From an uncultured Acidimicrobiia bacterium (GTDB lineage Bacteria; Acidobacteriota; Terriglobia; Versatilivoradales; Versatilivoraceae): a stretch of DNA of 64,000 bases. The stretch is taken from NCBI GenBank assembly GCA_963786955.1, contig CAWBAT010000006.1, forward strand, positions 672,001 through 736,000. Direction: 5' to 3'. Numbering within the stretch: the first letter of the stretch is position 1; each line of letters starts with the position of its first letter. Both the position numbers and the translations under genes were made by a program. Positions 21,701 to 30,976 of the stretch are shown here, in pieces. The notes under the pieces are model-generated. The model did not search any database and was not told where the DNA came from. It saw nothing but the letters and a program-made list of their open reading frames with translations.

Positions 21701-22973
21701 CCTGTGAAATTTTCTTGTCTTGTGTAAACAGCCTGCACGACGGTGTTGTACTTCATGGCAAAAGCCGCCTGACAATATAAGAGGTAGTAGTTCCATTTCC
21801 GGATGAACCGATCATCGAATCCGAGATCCCGAACCTTCTGGGTATTCCTGTTAAAGGCAGCATGCCATTCAAGCAGGGTCCTGGCGTAAAATTGTCCCAT
21901 GTCTTCCAGATGACATAAGAAAAGATCACTCGTACTACTGACGGCACGATTAATCGCATGGTTCGAGAGACTCAAACTGCCTGGGAAAATGTGCTTTTGA
22001 ATCCAGTCTACGTTTCTCGCCAATTTCCTGAAGCGACTATCCGCGCAGGTGATGGCTTGAATTCCCAACATCCCTTGCGGTTTAAGCAAGGAATGACATT
22101 TCCGGAAAAATAGTTCCAGATACTTTTCGCCCACGGCCTCCAGCATTTCGATGGAGATGATCTTGTCGTATCTCCCTGCCACTTCGCGATAGTCCTGAAG
22201 TCTTAGATCGATTTGATCGCCGAGCCCTTCACGCCGGATCATTTGATCCACGTACTGGAATTGTTGTTTAGAAATAGTGATGGCGGTGACATGGCAGCCA
22301 TAGTTTCGAACGGCATGCCGGCTAAACCCGCCCCAACCGCATCCCATTTCCAGAACTTGGTCTGTCTTCTTCAGCTTGAGCTTTTGGCACAAGACGTCGT
22401 ATTTTTCAGCCTGGGCCGATTCCAGTGATTGGCTTTCGGACCGGTAGTAAGCACAGGAGTAAGTGAGGGTGTTATCCAGGAATGTTTCGAATAATTCGTT
22501 ACTCAAATCGTAGTGCGAATAGATATTCCTTTTGCTGCCTCGCAAGCTATTCGACCGGAATTGATGAACCATCCGATTGAGCAAACCCAATGAATTGATG
22601 AAGGTGTTTTTTCGCTTCGTATCGGAGAGCGCGGGGGAATTGCTGTGATTGAGGATGAACCAGGAAATGACTTCGGCGATATTCTCCGTCTCCCAGTCAC
22701 CGTCCACATAGGATTCCCCAAAACCGATGTCTCCAAAAGCAGGCACTTTCGGAAGAAAGCGCGGTTCCTTACCTGGATCCGGGCATGGATCCGAGGAGAA
22801 TTTGAACCTGGGTATTCGTGCACTCCAAAATCCCATTCTTGGCCGTCGGGCAAACTGACTTTCAAATTGCCAAAGCGCATAGGGACTAAGGCCTTGTAAA
22901 CGAGGGTCTCGTAGAGACTCTGCAGCAGCCCCACAGAACCTGGCGCGTCTAGACCCATCACTACTTTTTCCAT
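21697..22973 (-). CDS. cfa: Cyclopropane-fatty-acyl-phospholipid synthase family / UfaM-like methyltransferase (one frameshift)
   Basis: GDIGFGESY, NIYSHYDLSNE, TYSCA, EMGCGWGG, SIEMLEAVG, KHIFPG. Confidence 0.9.
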
Positions 22974-23005
22974 GACCTCTCACCCATTTTCTTGGAATTC
23001 AATTC

Positions 23006-23728
23006 CTACGACTTTCGGATCTGCACTTCTCTCTGTAATTCGGGGTTGTCGCCTTTCCTTCGATAAGGAATCTTCCTTAGGTAAAGCAAGAAGGCCTGCC
23101 AATGAATCCAGAAGACAACGAAGAACGTGAGCAGAGGATACTTCAACAGAAAGAAAAGTAATTTTCGATCGGTCAGTGGAACACGAGTCCCTTGTAATGT
23201 TGAGAAAAAGATCTTTTCACCTGTCATCACATCGTCCACTTGAATCGCTAACCGCTCGTCAGGAACAGGGAGTCGAAATTCAAACTCCACATCCAAATCG
23301 AAGAATGGAGATACATAAAAGTATTTAGGTTCTCGCTTTAGAAAATATCGGTTCCCCATCCAATGTTCCGTTCCGGCGAAAAACAGTTTCATCTCCCCAA
23401 AAGTATTGCGGACTTCGGGGACGGCGCATAAGGGTTTGCCCGTTTCATCAAAACAAAAATAAAACGAGACTGGATTAAACACATAGCCGAAAATGCGCAG
23501 ATGGGTCAGCAGATAAGCCCGTCCGTTCCCTAGTTCGACCCCCTGGGTATGCAGGTACGAAGCTAGATCCTGCTTGACTTGGCTTGATTTGACTCGGATG
23601 TGGTCAGCATCTCTGAAGGAAAAGAAATTAAAACGATTTCGACTGAGGAGATGCAGGCGTTTGGAAAGAACATCAATTTCGTCCAGGTCCAAGTAAAACA
23701 TAAAAAGAGGATATTCAAAGCGATGCAA
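23006..23728 (-). CDS. DUF1365 family protein (UfaO-like; N-terminus apparently missing)
   Basis: HRFEYPLFMFYLDLDE, FGYVFNPVSFYFC, EVRNTFGE, KYFYVSPF, IHWQA. Confidence 0.88.
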   Translation of the reverse strand: MHRFEYPLFMFYLDLDEIDVLSKRLHLLSRNRFNFFSFRDADHIRVKSSQVKQDLASYLHTQGVELGNGRAYLLTHLRIFGYVFNPVSFYFCFDETGKPLCAVPEVRNTFGEMKLFFAGTEHWMGNRYFLKREPKYFYVSPFFDLDVEFEFRLPVPDERLAIQVDDVMTGEKIFFSTLQGTRVPLTDRKLLFFLLKYPLLTFFVVFWIHWQAFLLYLRKIPYRRKGDNPELQREVQIRKS

Positions 23729-24473
23729 CTGCGGAGTCTTCCCTTCGTACCTGCTGAACGGGCTGCCTCAAACGGATCCGATCTCGGAAGGGTTCCGTGA
23801 GCCGCGCCACATAGGCTTGGGATCCGCCCACCACGGTTCGCCACGGGCGCTGCGTATACATCCCGAGAAAGCCGTGATTGTGAAAGAAACGAAGCAACGT
23901 TAGAGCCGGAAATTCAAGCATCTGACGAGGAGGAGAGGACCAAACCGCCGAACTCATGGGTATCAGATATGAGTTGAGAAAGTCATCTCCGTAGCCTCTC
24001 TGTTCCACGTAATCCTTGAGAGTCACGTCGGATAGAGGTCCCTGGTCGAGAGCCTGTCTTGCCTCCCGGTTAAAGCGATGAATTTGCCGGAGCAGGCGAA
24101 GGAAGCGAAGATTCGCCAGATTCTTTCTCTGCGCAAACAAGGAATTCATGCTCGATCCGCAGTACTCCAAACCAGTTGGAATATGCTGGACACTGAATGA
24201 CATTGTGGAAAGCTGAGTACGAACTCCTAACTCCGAAAAAAGGCGGGTCAGATTTGGATACGTCACCTCGTTATAGACAATAAAGCCCGTATCAACAGGG
24301 ACTCGCTCGGAAGCCTCTTGAACCTCTATGGTGTTGCTGTGGCCGCCTGCATATTTCTCCTGCTCAAACAAAGTAAGATTAAACGATGAGTTCAAAAAAT
24401 GCGCACAGCCTAACCCGGCGATTCCCGTGCCAATGATTGCAAGAGTCTCTTTACGATTTTTCATCGTGCACAT
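23715..24473 (-). CDS. FAD-dependent oxidoreductase (UfaD-like), C-terminally truncated
   Basis: AIIGTGIAGL, GGHSNT, VDTGFIVYNEVTYPNL, FFHNHGFL; stops at 252 aa. Confidence 0.85.
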   Translation of the reverse strand: MCTMKNRKETLAIIGTGIAGLGCAHFLNSSFNLTLFEQEKYAGGHSNTIEVQEASERVPVDTGFIVYNEVTYPNLTRLFSELGVRTQLSTMSFSVQHIPTGLEYCGSSMNSLFAQRKNLANLRFLRLLRQIHRFNREARQALDQGPLSDVTLKDYVEQRGYGDDFLNSYLIPMSSAVWSSPPRQMLEFPALTLLRFFHNHGFLGMYTQRPWRTVVGGSQAYVARLTEPFRDRIRLRQPVQQVRREDSAVASL

Positions 24474-24481
24474 CTCATCTA

Positions 24482-24518
24482 GGGAACAGGACCCCTCTAC
24501 GCACTGGGTCCTGTTCCC
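24482..24518. repeat. Perfect 13-bp hairpin between DUF4397 and oxidoreductase genes
   Basis: GGGAACAGGACCC-N11-GGGTCCTGTTCCC; no U-tract on the coding strand. Confidence 0.7.
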
Positions 24519-24533
24519 CCGTAATTTAGTCCG

Positions 24534-25214
24534 CTATTGGGATAGCGGAATGCTCTGGGTTAGGACAGTGAACGAACCATCTTGAATTGAGCCGACAGCA
24601 TAGACAACTAACAAATTGCCGGCATCCGGCTTTAAACTTACAGGTCCAAAAACGGGCCGCTTTTTCCCTGGCAAGGCGAGCCAGGCTGCGTAACCGTGAG
24701 TTCGAATGTCGGCTCCGGCTTCCGTACCATTTGAGAGAGTGAAAAGCGACTTGCCGTTTGCAATTACAGATACAGTCGGGGCCAACGCGACATGCCGCAC
24801 AAAAAGTCTCGAACTCAGGACCGCAGCAGGCGGTAGCCCACGCTCATTGGCAATTGTCGAATCGTCATTAAAAAAAGGGGTCAAAGCTGGGGCACCATTG
24901 CCATTAAGATGAGCGACCACAGAAACATTCTGGCCCTCGGAAAGTGCTGCCGCCAGCGTCAGAATAGGGAGGCTCGAGGTTGGATCCTGTCCGGCTAAGT
25001 ATACCTTAATATCATAATTACCGGCTTGAAGGGAAACTTGTCCAGTCACAGTGCCAAAGGTGAAACCCGGCAAGAACAGACCATCATTGACGTACACATC
25101 AACCACTGCGCCAGGAATGCCATGGATCACTGAAGCCTTCACATCCGCCACAGCGGCACTGCTTGGAATGAATGTGATCGCGAGTACTAAGAGGGTTGCT
25201 ATTCTATTCAGCAT
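24534..25214 (-). CDS. Secreted DUF4397 domain protein
   Basis: Signal peptide, VIHGIPGAVVDVYVN, RLFVRHVALAPTV, VYAVGS. Confidence 0.82.
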   Translation of the reverse strand: MLNRIATLLVLAITFIPSSAAVADVKASVIHGIPGAVVDVYVNDGLFLPGFTFGTVTGQVSLQAGNYDIKVYLAGQDPTSSLPILTLAAALSEGQNVSVVAHLNGNGAPALTPFFNDDSTIANERGLPPAAVLSSRLFVRHVALAPTVSVIANGKSLFTLSNGTEAGADIRTHGYAAWLALPGKKRPVFGPVSLKPDAGNLLVVYAVGSIQDGSFTVLTQSIPLSQ

Positions 25215-25350
25215 GACTTTCTCCTTTTTTTGATGGATTTGTATTTATATAATTGAGTTATTTCACGAGGGTAGCGACTGAAGTTTTGAATAGTCAATGA
25301 GGAACTTCAGCAGAGCGAATTTTTGAGAACTGGCATCGGTGTGCATCAAA

Positions 25351-25653
25351 TCAAACCAGTGCCCCGTCTGGGGTGAAAAAGTTTTCGTGCTCCAATTTGT
25401 GGAGGTATCGATTTACGGCGATTTCTTCTTGAGCCTTCTTCTCATCGTATTCTCTGAAATTGGCAGTCAATGGTGCAGATAAATACATCCAGCTTTCAGA
25501 CCCACAACTTGAACAGGTCAAAGTCCCTGATGAGTTAACCGCCAGTATTCGATTAGCCTCACAATTTGCGCAGAAAACAATCCGATTATCCAACGAGCGC
25601 TTGACAATATGCTGTGAAGCCTTACCGAGATTTCGCCAGGATTTTAGTGTCAT
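25351..25653 (-). CDS. Small zinc-ribbon hypothetical protein
   Basis: CANC...CSSC; AAGGGGAG RBS. Confidence 0.65.
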   Translation of the reverse strand: MTLKSWRNLGKASQHIVKRSLDNRIVFCANCEANRILAVNSSGTLTCSSCGSESWMYLSAPLTANFREYDEKKAQEEIAVNRYLHKLEHENFFTPDGALV

Positions 25654-25744
25654 TTTCGACTCCCCTTCTTAAATTTAGCCTTTCATGGCAAATCCGCTCA
25701 ATCCCTGTCCCTACCCCCCTTCCCTCAATCTTTACTGCAAGACT

Positions 25745-25777
25745 TATATTAGATATTGTTTATATATTGTCAATATA
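25745..25777 (-). promoter_or_regulatory. Sigma70 promoter with overlapping CarH/LitR-type operator (leftward)
   Basis: Minus strand TATATTGACAA-TATATAAACAA-TATCTAATATA tandem 11-mers; TTGACA-16-TAATAT. Confidence 0.7.
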
Positions 25778-25880
25778 ATTTTCAGAAATCTAATTCAAGA
25801 TATTGCTCTAAGCGACATTATTTTTAATAGAAAGCTATTATTATATTACAGTTAATTATTAATTGAGAAAATAGAATTAA

Positions 25881-25923
25881 AATATAAACAATATATTGAC
25901 ATTATCTGTTAATTCTTTATAAT
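25881..25923 (+). promoter_or_regulatory. Sigma70 promoter with overlapping CarH/LitR-type operator (rightward)
   Basis: AATATAAACAA-TATATTGACAT-TATCTGTTAAT tandem 11-mers; perfect TTGACA (25896) -16- TATAAT (25918). Confidence 0.75.
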
Positions 25924-25973
25924 CAGTGTACTTTGGTCGGCTGACCAACAACCATTAATCGAAGAGGAAACCT

Positions 25974-27248
25974 ATGATCAAACTTGCTTTTCTGTCGATA
26001 TCAAAGTACTTCTCTGTATTCCTATTGTTAGTTGTCCTAGCACCGTTCGCGCGGGCACAGGCACAAGTGGAACCGTCGGTCGGGGCGGAAGATGCCGTAA
26101 CAAGTCTCAAGAGCTTCGGATGGAGCCGTTGGCTAAGCCGGTACGAGTGGAACCGCGTCACCGAGAACGCAGAATGGCAAGGGCGCGCCGGACTGCAGGC
26201 AGTCCAACTGCGTAACGACCTCTATGTGATGGGCGGCCGAGGCGCCTTTAACCCGTTCGGCACCGCCATCTACTCCGACGTCTGGAAGAGTGAGAACCAG
26301 GGCGCTACCTGGGCGCCGGTAGCCGCTTCACCTTGGCCAGCTCGAGCATACTTCCAAGCAGTCCGCCACCGTGGCAAGATGTTCGTCCTCGGCGGGCAGA
26401 ACTTCGACGTACTGCCGAATCCAGGCTCCCCGACCTGTCCCAACAATCCTCCCGGGGTCCCCTGCTTTCCGTTCATTCCGAACTCAACCTTCTTCAACGA
26501 CGTGTGGAGCAGCCAGGACGGAGCGAACTGGGCACCGGTCACACCCGCCGCGGACTGGGCGGGCCGAGCCGGATTGAGCGCGGTCGTCTTCAAGGGCGAC
26601 ATCTACGTCCTCGGGGGCAGCCAAGGCGACGATGCGGCAACGGGCGGCCGGGGGCGGGTTTTCTTCAGGGACGTCTGGAAGTCGAGCGACGGACAGACGT
26701 GGACGCCGGTGACCGAGAACGCCCCTTGGGCGGCACGTGCGGGCGCGGCCGTGGTTGTCAAAAACGGCTACATCTACCTGCTCGGCGGCGAGCGGGGCTT
26801 CACGTGCGGCGCTGCGAAGGGCTGCGTCGCCGAACGCGACCTCTACTTTAACGACGTCTGGCGCTCCAAGAATGGCGCAGACTGGGAGTCTGTGACCTCC
26901 GCGGCGGGTTGGTCAGCTCGGCCCGGCCACCAGTGCGTCGTGCTGCTAAACCAGATCGTGTGCTTTGGCGGATATGGTGAGCCCCAGAACCCGAACGACA
27001 TCTGGGCCAGCATTGACGGCAAGGATTGGGAGAAACTCGAGACGCCGGCTTCGCCGCCATGGAACGCGGCTACGCCAAACGACGTGAAGTACGACTTCGA
27101 TGCCCTCGTAGTGAATGGCGGACCTGGCGGGCTAATCCCCTCCATTATGACGTTCGGCGGGGACCGCGAGCGTTTCGAGTTTCCACCGGAGGAGAATGCG
27201 ACGCGGGTGGACAACGACGTCTGGCGTATGCACCCGCCACGCAGGTAG
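25974..27248 (+). CDS. Secreted Kelch-like beta-propeller protein
   Basis: Signal peptide; about five repeats W..R.G..AVV...YVLGG...DVWKS.DG..W. Confidence 0.85.
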   Translation: MIKLAFLSISKYFSVFLLLVVLAPFARAQAQVEPSVGAEDAVTSLKSFGWSRWLSRYEWNRVTENAEWQGRAGLQAVQLRNDLYVMGGRGAFNPFGTAIYSDVWKSENQGATWAPVAASPWPARAYFQAVRHRGKMFVLGGQNFDVLPNPGSPTCPNNPPGVPCFPFIPNSTFFNDVWSSQDGANWAPVTPAADWAGRAGLSAVVFKGDIYVLGGSQGDDAATGGRGRVFFRDVWKSSDGQTWTPVTENAPWAARAGAAVVVKNGYIYLLGGERGFTCGAAKGCVAERDLYFNDVWRSKNGADWESVTSAAGWSARPGHQCVVLLNQIVCFGGYGEPQNPNDIWASIDGKDWEKLETPASPPWNAATPNDVKYDFDALVVNGGPGGLIPSIMTFGGDRERFEFPPEENATRVDNDVWRMHPPRR

Positions 27249-27374
27249 TCGTGAACCGAGCAGACATGAGACTCGAGCTTGTTAGATTGCTATTTATCTT
27301 TGGTATCGCTAAGTGCTCCTGCGCGGCGGCGGCCCCCGAGGGCGTTAACTTGCCAGTCCAAATAAATCATTGAA

Positions 27375-28379
27375 ATGAAAACTGTTGGAGTCTACAAAAT
27401 GGCATCGGTGATCCGGATGACCGGGTTCACCCCGTCTTTGTTGAGAGCTTGGGAGAAGCGTTACGACGTCCTGCACCCGGCACGGGCGTTGGGTGGCCAT
27501 CGATTGTATACAGAAGATGACCTGAAAATTCTCTTCCGCATTAAGAGCTTGATCGCTCAGGGTCGCTCCATTGGAGAAATTGCCTTATTCGGACGGGAAA
27601 ATCTTTTGGAAGCACTTCCTGCACGGGGCATGTCCGGAAAGGAATCACAATCGACTGGAAAACTTGCCGAACCTTGGCTGATTGAGAGAGAGGCGGAATC
27701 TCCGCCTCAGGGAAATAGCACAGTCCTTAACGAACAGCTCGAGAAGTGTTCCAATGATATTGTTGAGGCGGCTGTCGCGATTGATTCCGTGGCACTCGAA
27801 GCAGCCTTAAATCAAGCCTTCAGTATTGTGCCCCCGGATGTAGTGATCCGCGAAGTTTTGGAGCCCAGCGCTACGAACATTGGAGAGCTTTGGACGAAGG
27901 GAAGCTGCAGTGTCGCTGGAGAGCATTTGGCCAGTGGGATCTTTATCCATCATTTACAGAAGCTGATTGAGTCCTCAAGACCGCAGGGCCGCTCTGCCCC
28001 AACAGCCATTTGCGCCTGTTTCCCCGATGAGCAGCACCAAATCGGAACACTAGTGCTGGCCTATTATTTATGCCTTCACGGAATAAGTGTCTCCTACTTG
28101 GGGGCTTCATTGCCTTTCGAAGAACTGGAACATGCCTGCAAACTAGTTGCCCCTCGGGCAGTTTATTTATCGGTAACGAGGCCGGTTGTTTTTTTAACCC
28201 ATCGGCCGCGTTTACTAGAGATGATGGCTCGACTCAATGGAAAGCTCGATATTTACATTGGAGGTGGCGGCATCAGGGCGGAAGATCCGGAACTTGAACA
28301 ATTAGGAGCGAAGGTCTGGATTGGCAAATGTCCCCCTATCGGGCTCACTGACAATTTACTTCCAACAGGATTTGAATGA
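27375..28379 (+). CDS. carH: CarH/LitR-type MerR regulator with cobalamin-binding domain
   Basis: LRAWEKRY...GGHRLY MerR HTH; W-x9-EH (WTKGSCSVAGEH) and ExHxxG (EQHQIG) B12 motifs; YLGASLP. Confidence 0.88.
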   Translation: MKTVGVYKMASVIRMTGFTPSLLRAWEKRYDVLHPARALGGHRLYTEDDLKILFRIKSLIAQGRSIGEIALFGRENLLEALPARGMSGKESQSTGKLAEPWLIEREAESPPQGNSTVLNEQLEKCSNDIVEAAVAIDSVALEAALNQAFSIVPPDVVIREVLEPSATNIGELWTKGSCSVAGEHLASGIFIHHLQKLIESSRPQGRSAPTAICACFPDEQHQIGTLVLAYYLCLHGISVSYLGASLPFEELEHACKLVAPRAVYLSVTRPVVFLTHRPRLLEMMARLNGKLDIYIGGGGIRAEDPELEQLGAKVWIGKCPPIGLTDNLLPTGFE

Positions 28380-28830
28380 CTCGATCAGAAGACAGGCAGA
28401 GCACCCTCCTCTGAGGTAAGGTCCCAGCCGTAGAACCCCTTCTGATCTCCCTTCCTTCTGAATGATCCTCAAACGAATGATCCATAATAACGATTCCCGG
28501 AAGCTTGTCGTAAGCAAGTTCGCTTGCGGAGACTGTGCTTGGCAAGAAAAGACAAAACCTGGTCCCCCGGACCGTTTTAACTCTTCTACCGCAGAATCTT
28601 CCTCTTTGTCCAACGTGATTTTTTAATCCGATGGCCTTCCATCCGGGTTTCCAAGGTTGCCTCGTCAATGTGTTGGAGGAGGAATGTCTGCATTTCTTTT
28701 CTTTCTTTAACAGCCTATAGACCGAGGATTCCAAATTACAGATTAAACCAATACAATGTGAGATAATGCGTTTGCTATTCTCTCTAGAAAGAATTCATGT
28801 CGTATTCCCTATTGTTCTGTGAGGTTCACC

Positions 28831-30573
28831 ATGTCTAAAAAATCGTCCTGGATGATTGTGATCATCATTGCGGCTCTTTTCCTTTTCATCGGCGTTCTTC
28901 TTTTGGGAACCTACCGGCTCCTGTCCCCATCCAAGATCGATATTACCGAAAATAGTGTATTGGAGTTGAGTTTCTCAGGTGAAATTCCGGAGTTGCCTCC
29001 GCATTCTCCCTTGGCCCAATTCGTACAGCGTGATGGAGTTTCGCTATACGAGTTGGGCCGACTCTTGCAAGTTGCCTCTCGAGACCCCCATATCGTCGCG
29101 ATCCATCTTTCGAGCCACTCGTTGGGGTTTAGCTGGGCCCAGGTGGAAGAAGTCCGGGGTTTCCTCAAAGAATTTCGCCAGTCGAACAAGAAAGTCGTCG
29201 CCAGTTTGTTTGGCGACATGCCTGAAGAAAAAGATTTTTACCTGGTTTCCCAGTCCGACGAGATTTATCTCAATCCAGACGCCGGCTTGCTCATCAACGG
29301 CCTCAATGTCGATGTCCCTTTCTTTAAGCGAACAATGGAGAAACTTCATATTGAGCCCCAGATGATCATGCTGAAAGAGTACAAGAATCCAGAGACCTAT
29401 ACGCGAGAGAAGTTTACGCCTGAGTTTCGGTCAATGTATGAGGGGATTCTGACCGATGTTCAAGATCGCTTCATCCAGACGGTTGCCGAAGATAGAAAGA
29501 TTTCTCCCCTTCGGCTCCGGGCGTTCATGAATATCGGGATGACTCCGGCGGCGCTCGCTTTGAAAGAGGGCCTAGTGACTGCTCTCGGCTACGATGATGA
29601 AGTCCGAACCCGACTGGTTGCGGAACAACGAACCGGCAGCAAAAAATATCGAGGGGTCACGGCATCCCAATATCTCGAGGCGGTGCGTCACCGCATCGAC
29701 AAGAAAGCCCGGCATCGAATTGCCTTGTTGGGTGGAATCGGCCAAATCATTTCCGGAAAGAGTGAAGACGTCTGGGGCGAGATGATGGGCGGAGAAACAA
29801 TGGTGGCCCGCCTCCGCGAGATCGGTGAGGACAAGGAAATTGAAGGAGTCCTGTTCCGCGTGGATAGTCCCGGTGGATCGGCAGTCGGTTCCGACAAAAT
29901 TTGGCGGGAGATTCGCCTGTTGGAAAAAAGCGGGAAAAAAGTCATTGTGAGTATGTCGGGAGTTGCTGGCTCAGGGGGTTATTATATCGCCATGGGGGCC
30001 AGTAAGATCGTCGCTGAACCTTCGACAATCACCGGTTCCATCGGGGTCCTGTTTGCCAAATTTAACGTTCGTGGTCTGTTGGAGCATTGGTTGGGAGTCA
30101 ACACCGACCAGATCAAAATGGCTGATAATGCGGATATCTTCTCACTCTTTCATTCCCTGTCGGAAGAACAGAAAACCCAAGTCCAGTCGTGGATGGAGGA
30201 CATCTACAAGAATTTCGTGCAAAAAGCCGCGGAAGGCCGGGGGATGACCTTCGATGAACTAGAACCCAAGGCCCATGGCCGTATTTACACCGGGGCTCAA
30301 GCCAAAGAAATCCACCTGATTGATGAAATCGGCGGTCTCAATACTGCTCTGCAGCTCCTCAAGAAAGAGCTCAAAATTCCTGAAAGCGAGGAAGTCCAGA
30401 TCATTCTTTACCCTAAGCCCAAAAGCCTCTGGCAAAGCCTGTCAGAAGGAGAGCTCTTCAAGACTTACTTGTCGACTTCGACACCCTCGATCGAATCCCG
30501 ACTCAAGGAAATTATTCATGGCCTGGAAACTCCCTCGCCCTGTCTCTTGCTTCCTGAAGCAGAAATCCGATAG
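28831..30573 (+). CDS. sppA: Signal peptide peptidase (long form)
   Basis: RVDSPGGSA, SMSGVAGSGGYYIA, TITGSIGV, GRIYTGAQA. Confidence 0.92.
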   Translation: MSKKSSWMIVIIIAALFLFIGVLLLGTYRLLSPSKIDITENSVLELSFSGEIPELPPHSPLAQFVQRDGVSLYELGRLLQVASRDPHIVAIHLSSHSLGFSWAQVEEVRGFLKEFRQSNKKVVASLFGDMPEEKDFYLVSQSDEIYLNPDAGLLINGLNVDVPFFKRTMEKLHIEPQMIMLKEYKNPETYTREKFTPEFRSMYEGILTDVQDRFIQTVAEDRKISPLRLRAFMNIGMTPAALALKEGLVTALGYDDEVRTRLVAEQRTGSKKYRGVTASQYLEAVRHRIDKKARHRIALLGGIGQIISGKSEDVWGEMMGGETMVARLREIGEDKEIEGVLFRVDSPGGSAVGSDKIWREIRLLEKSGKKVIVSMSGVAGSGGYYIAMGASKIVAEPSTITGSIGVLFAKFNVRGLLEHWLGVNTDQIKMADNADIFSLFHSLSEEQKTQVQSWMEDIYKNFVQKAAEGRGMTFDELEPKAHGRIYTGAQAKEIHLIDEIGGLNTALQLLKKELKIPESEEVQIILYPKPKSLWQSLSEGELFKTYLSTSTPSIESRLKEIIHGLETPSPCLLLPEAEIR

Positions 30574-30872
30574 GGGGTTTCCCTTCTCCGACAGAAGCCC
30601 GGAGTTTTTCAATCTTGTGAAGGTTTGCTGCCTGAGTGTTCCAGCTTGGTCATCGCTGATCTTCTGACACAGGATGGAAACCTGCGCCTCACGAAGGTGA
30701 TCCGGTTGTCGTGAGCCTGGCAAGCAGTCAACCAGAAATAACGCCGCCCTTCGCTGTTGCTCACAATTTCGCCATCCCTTTTCATTGGGTGCCCCGAAAC
30801 GAAGCGGCGTTTGCAGGGCCTTGTAGAGTTAATGAATCGCCTGATCTTCCCGAAGAATCTCCTAAAAAATTA

Positions 30873-30930
30873 TTGACAGCTGGGCATTGAGAATTTAAGC
30901 TTCTCACTTATCAAATGAAAGTGATTTTCA
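30873..30930 (+). promoter_or_regulatory. Sigma70 promoter and Fur-box-like operator
   Basis: TTGACA(30873)-17-TAAGCT; 7-1-7 palindrome TGAAAGT-G-ATTTTCA at 30916-30930. Confidence 0.55.
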
Positions 30931-30976
30931 TTTTCATTTTCAATCGGACTCGGAACCTCCGAATTGGAGAGACGAT

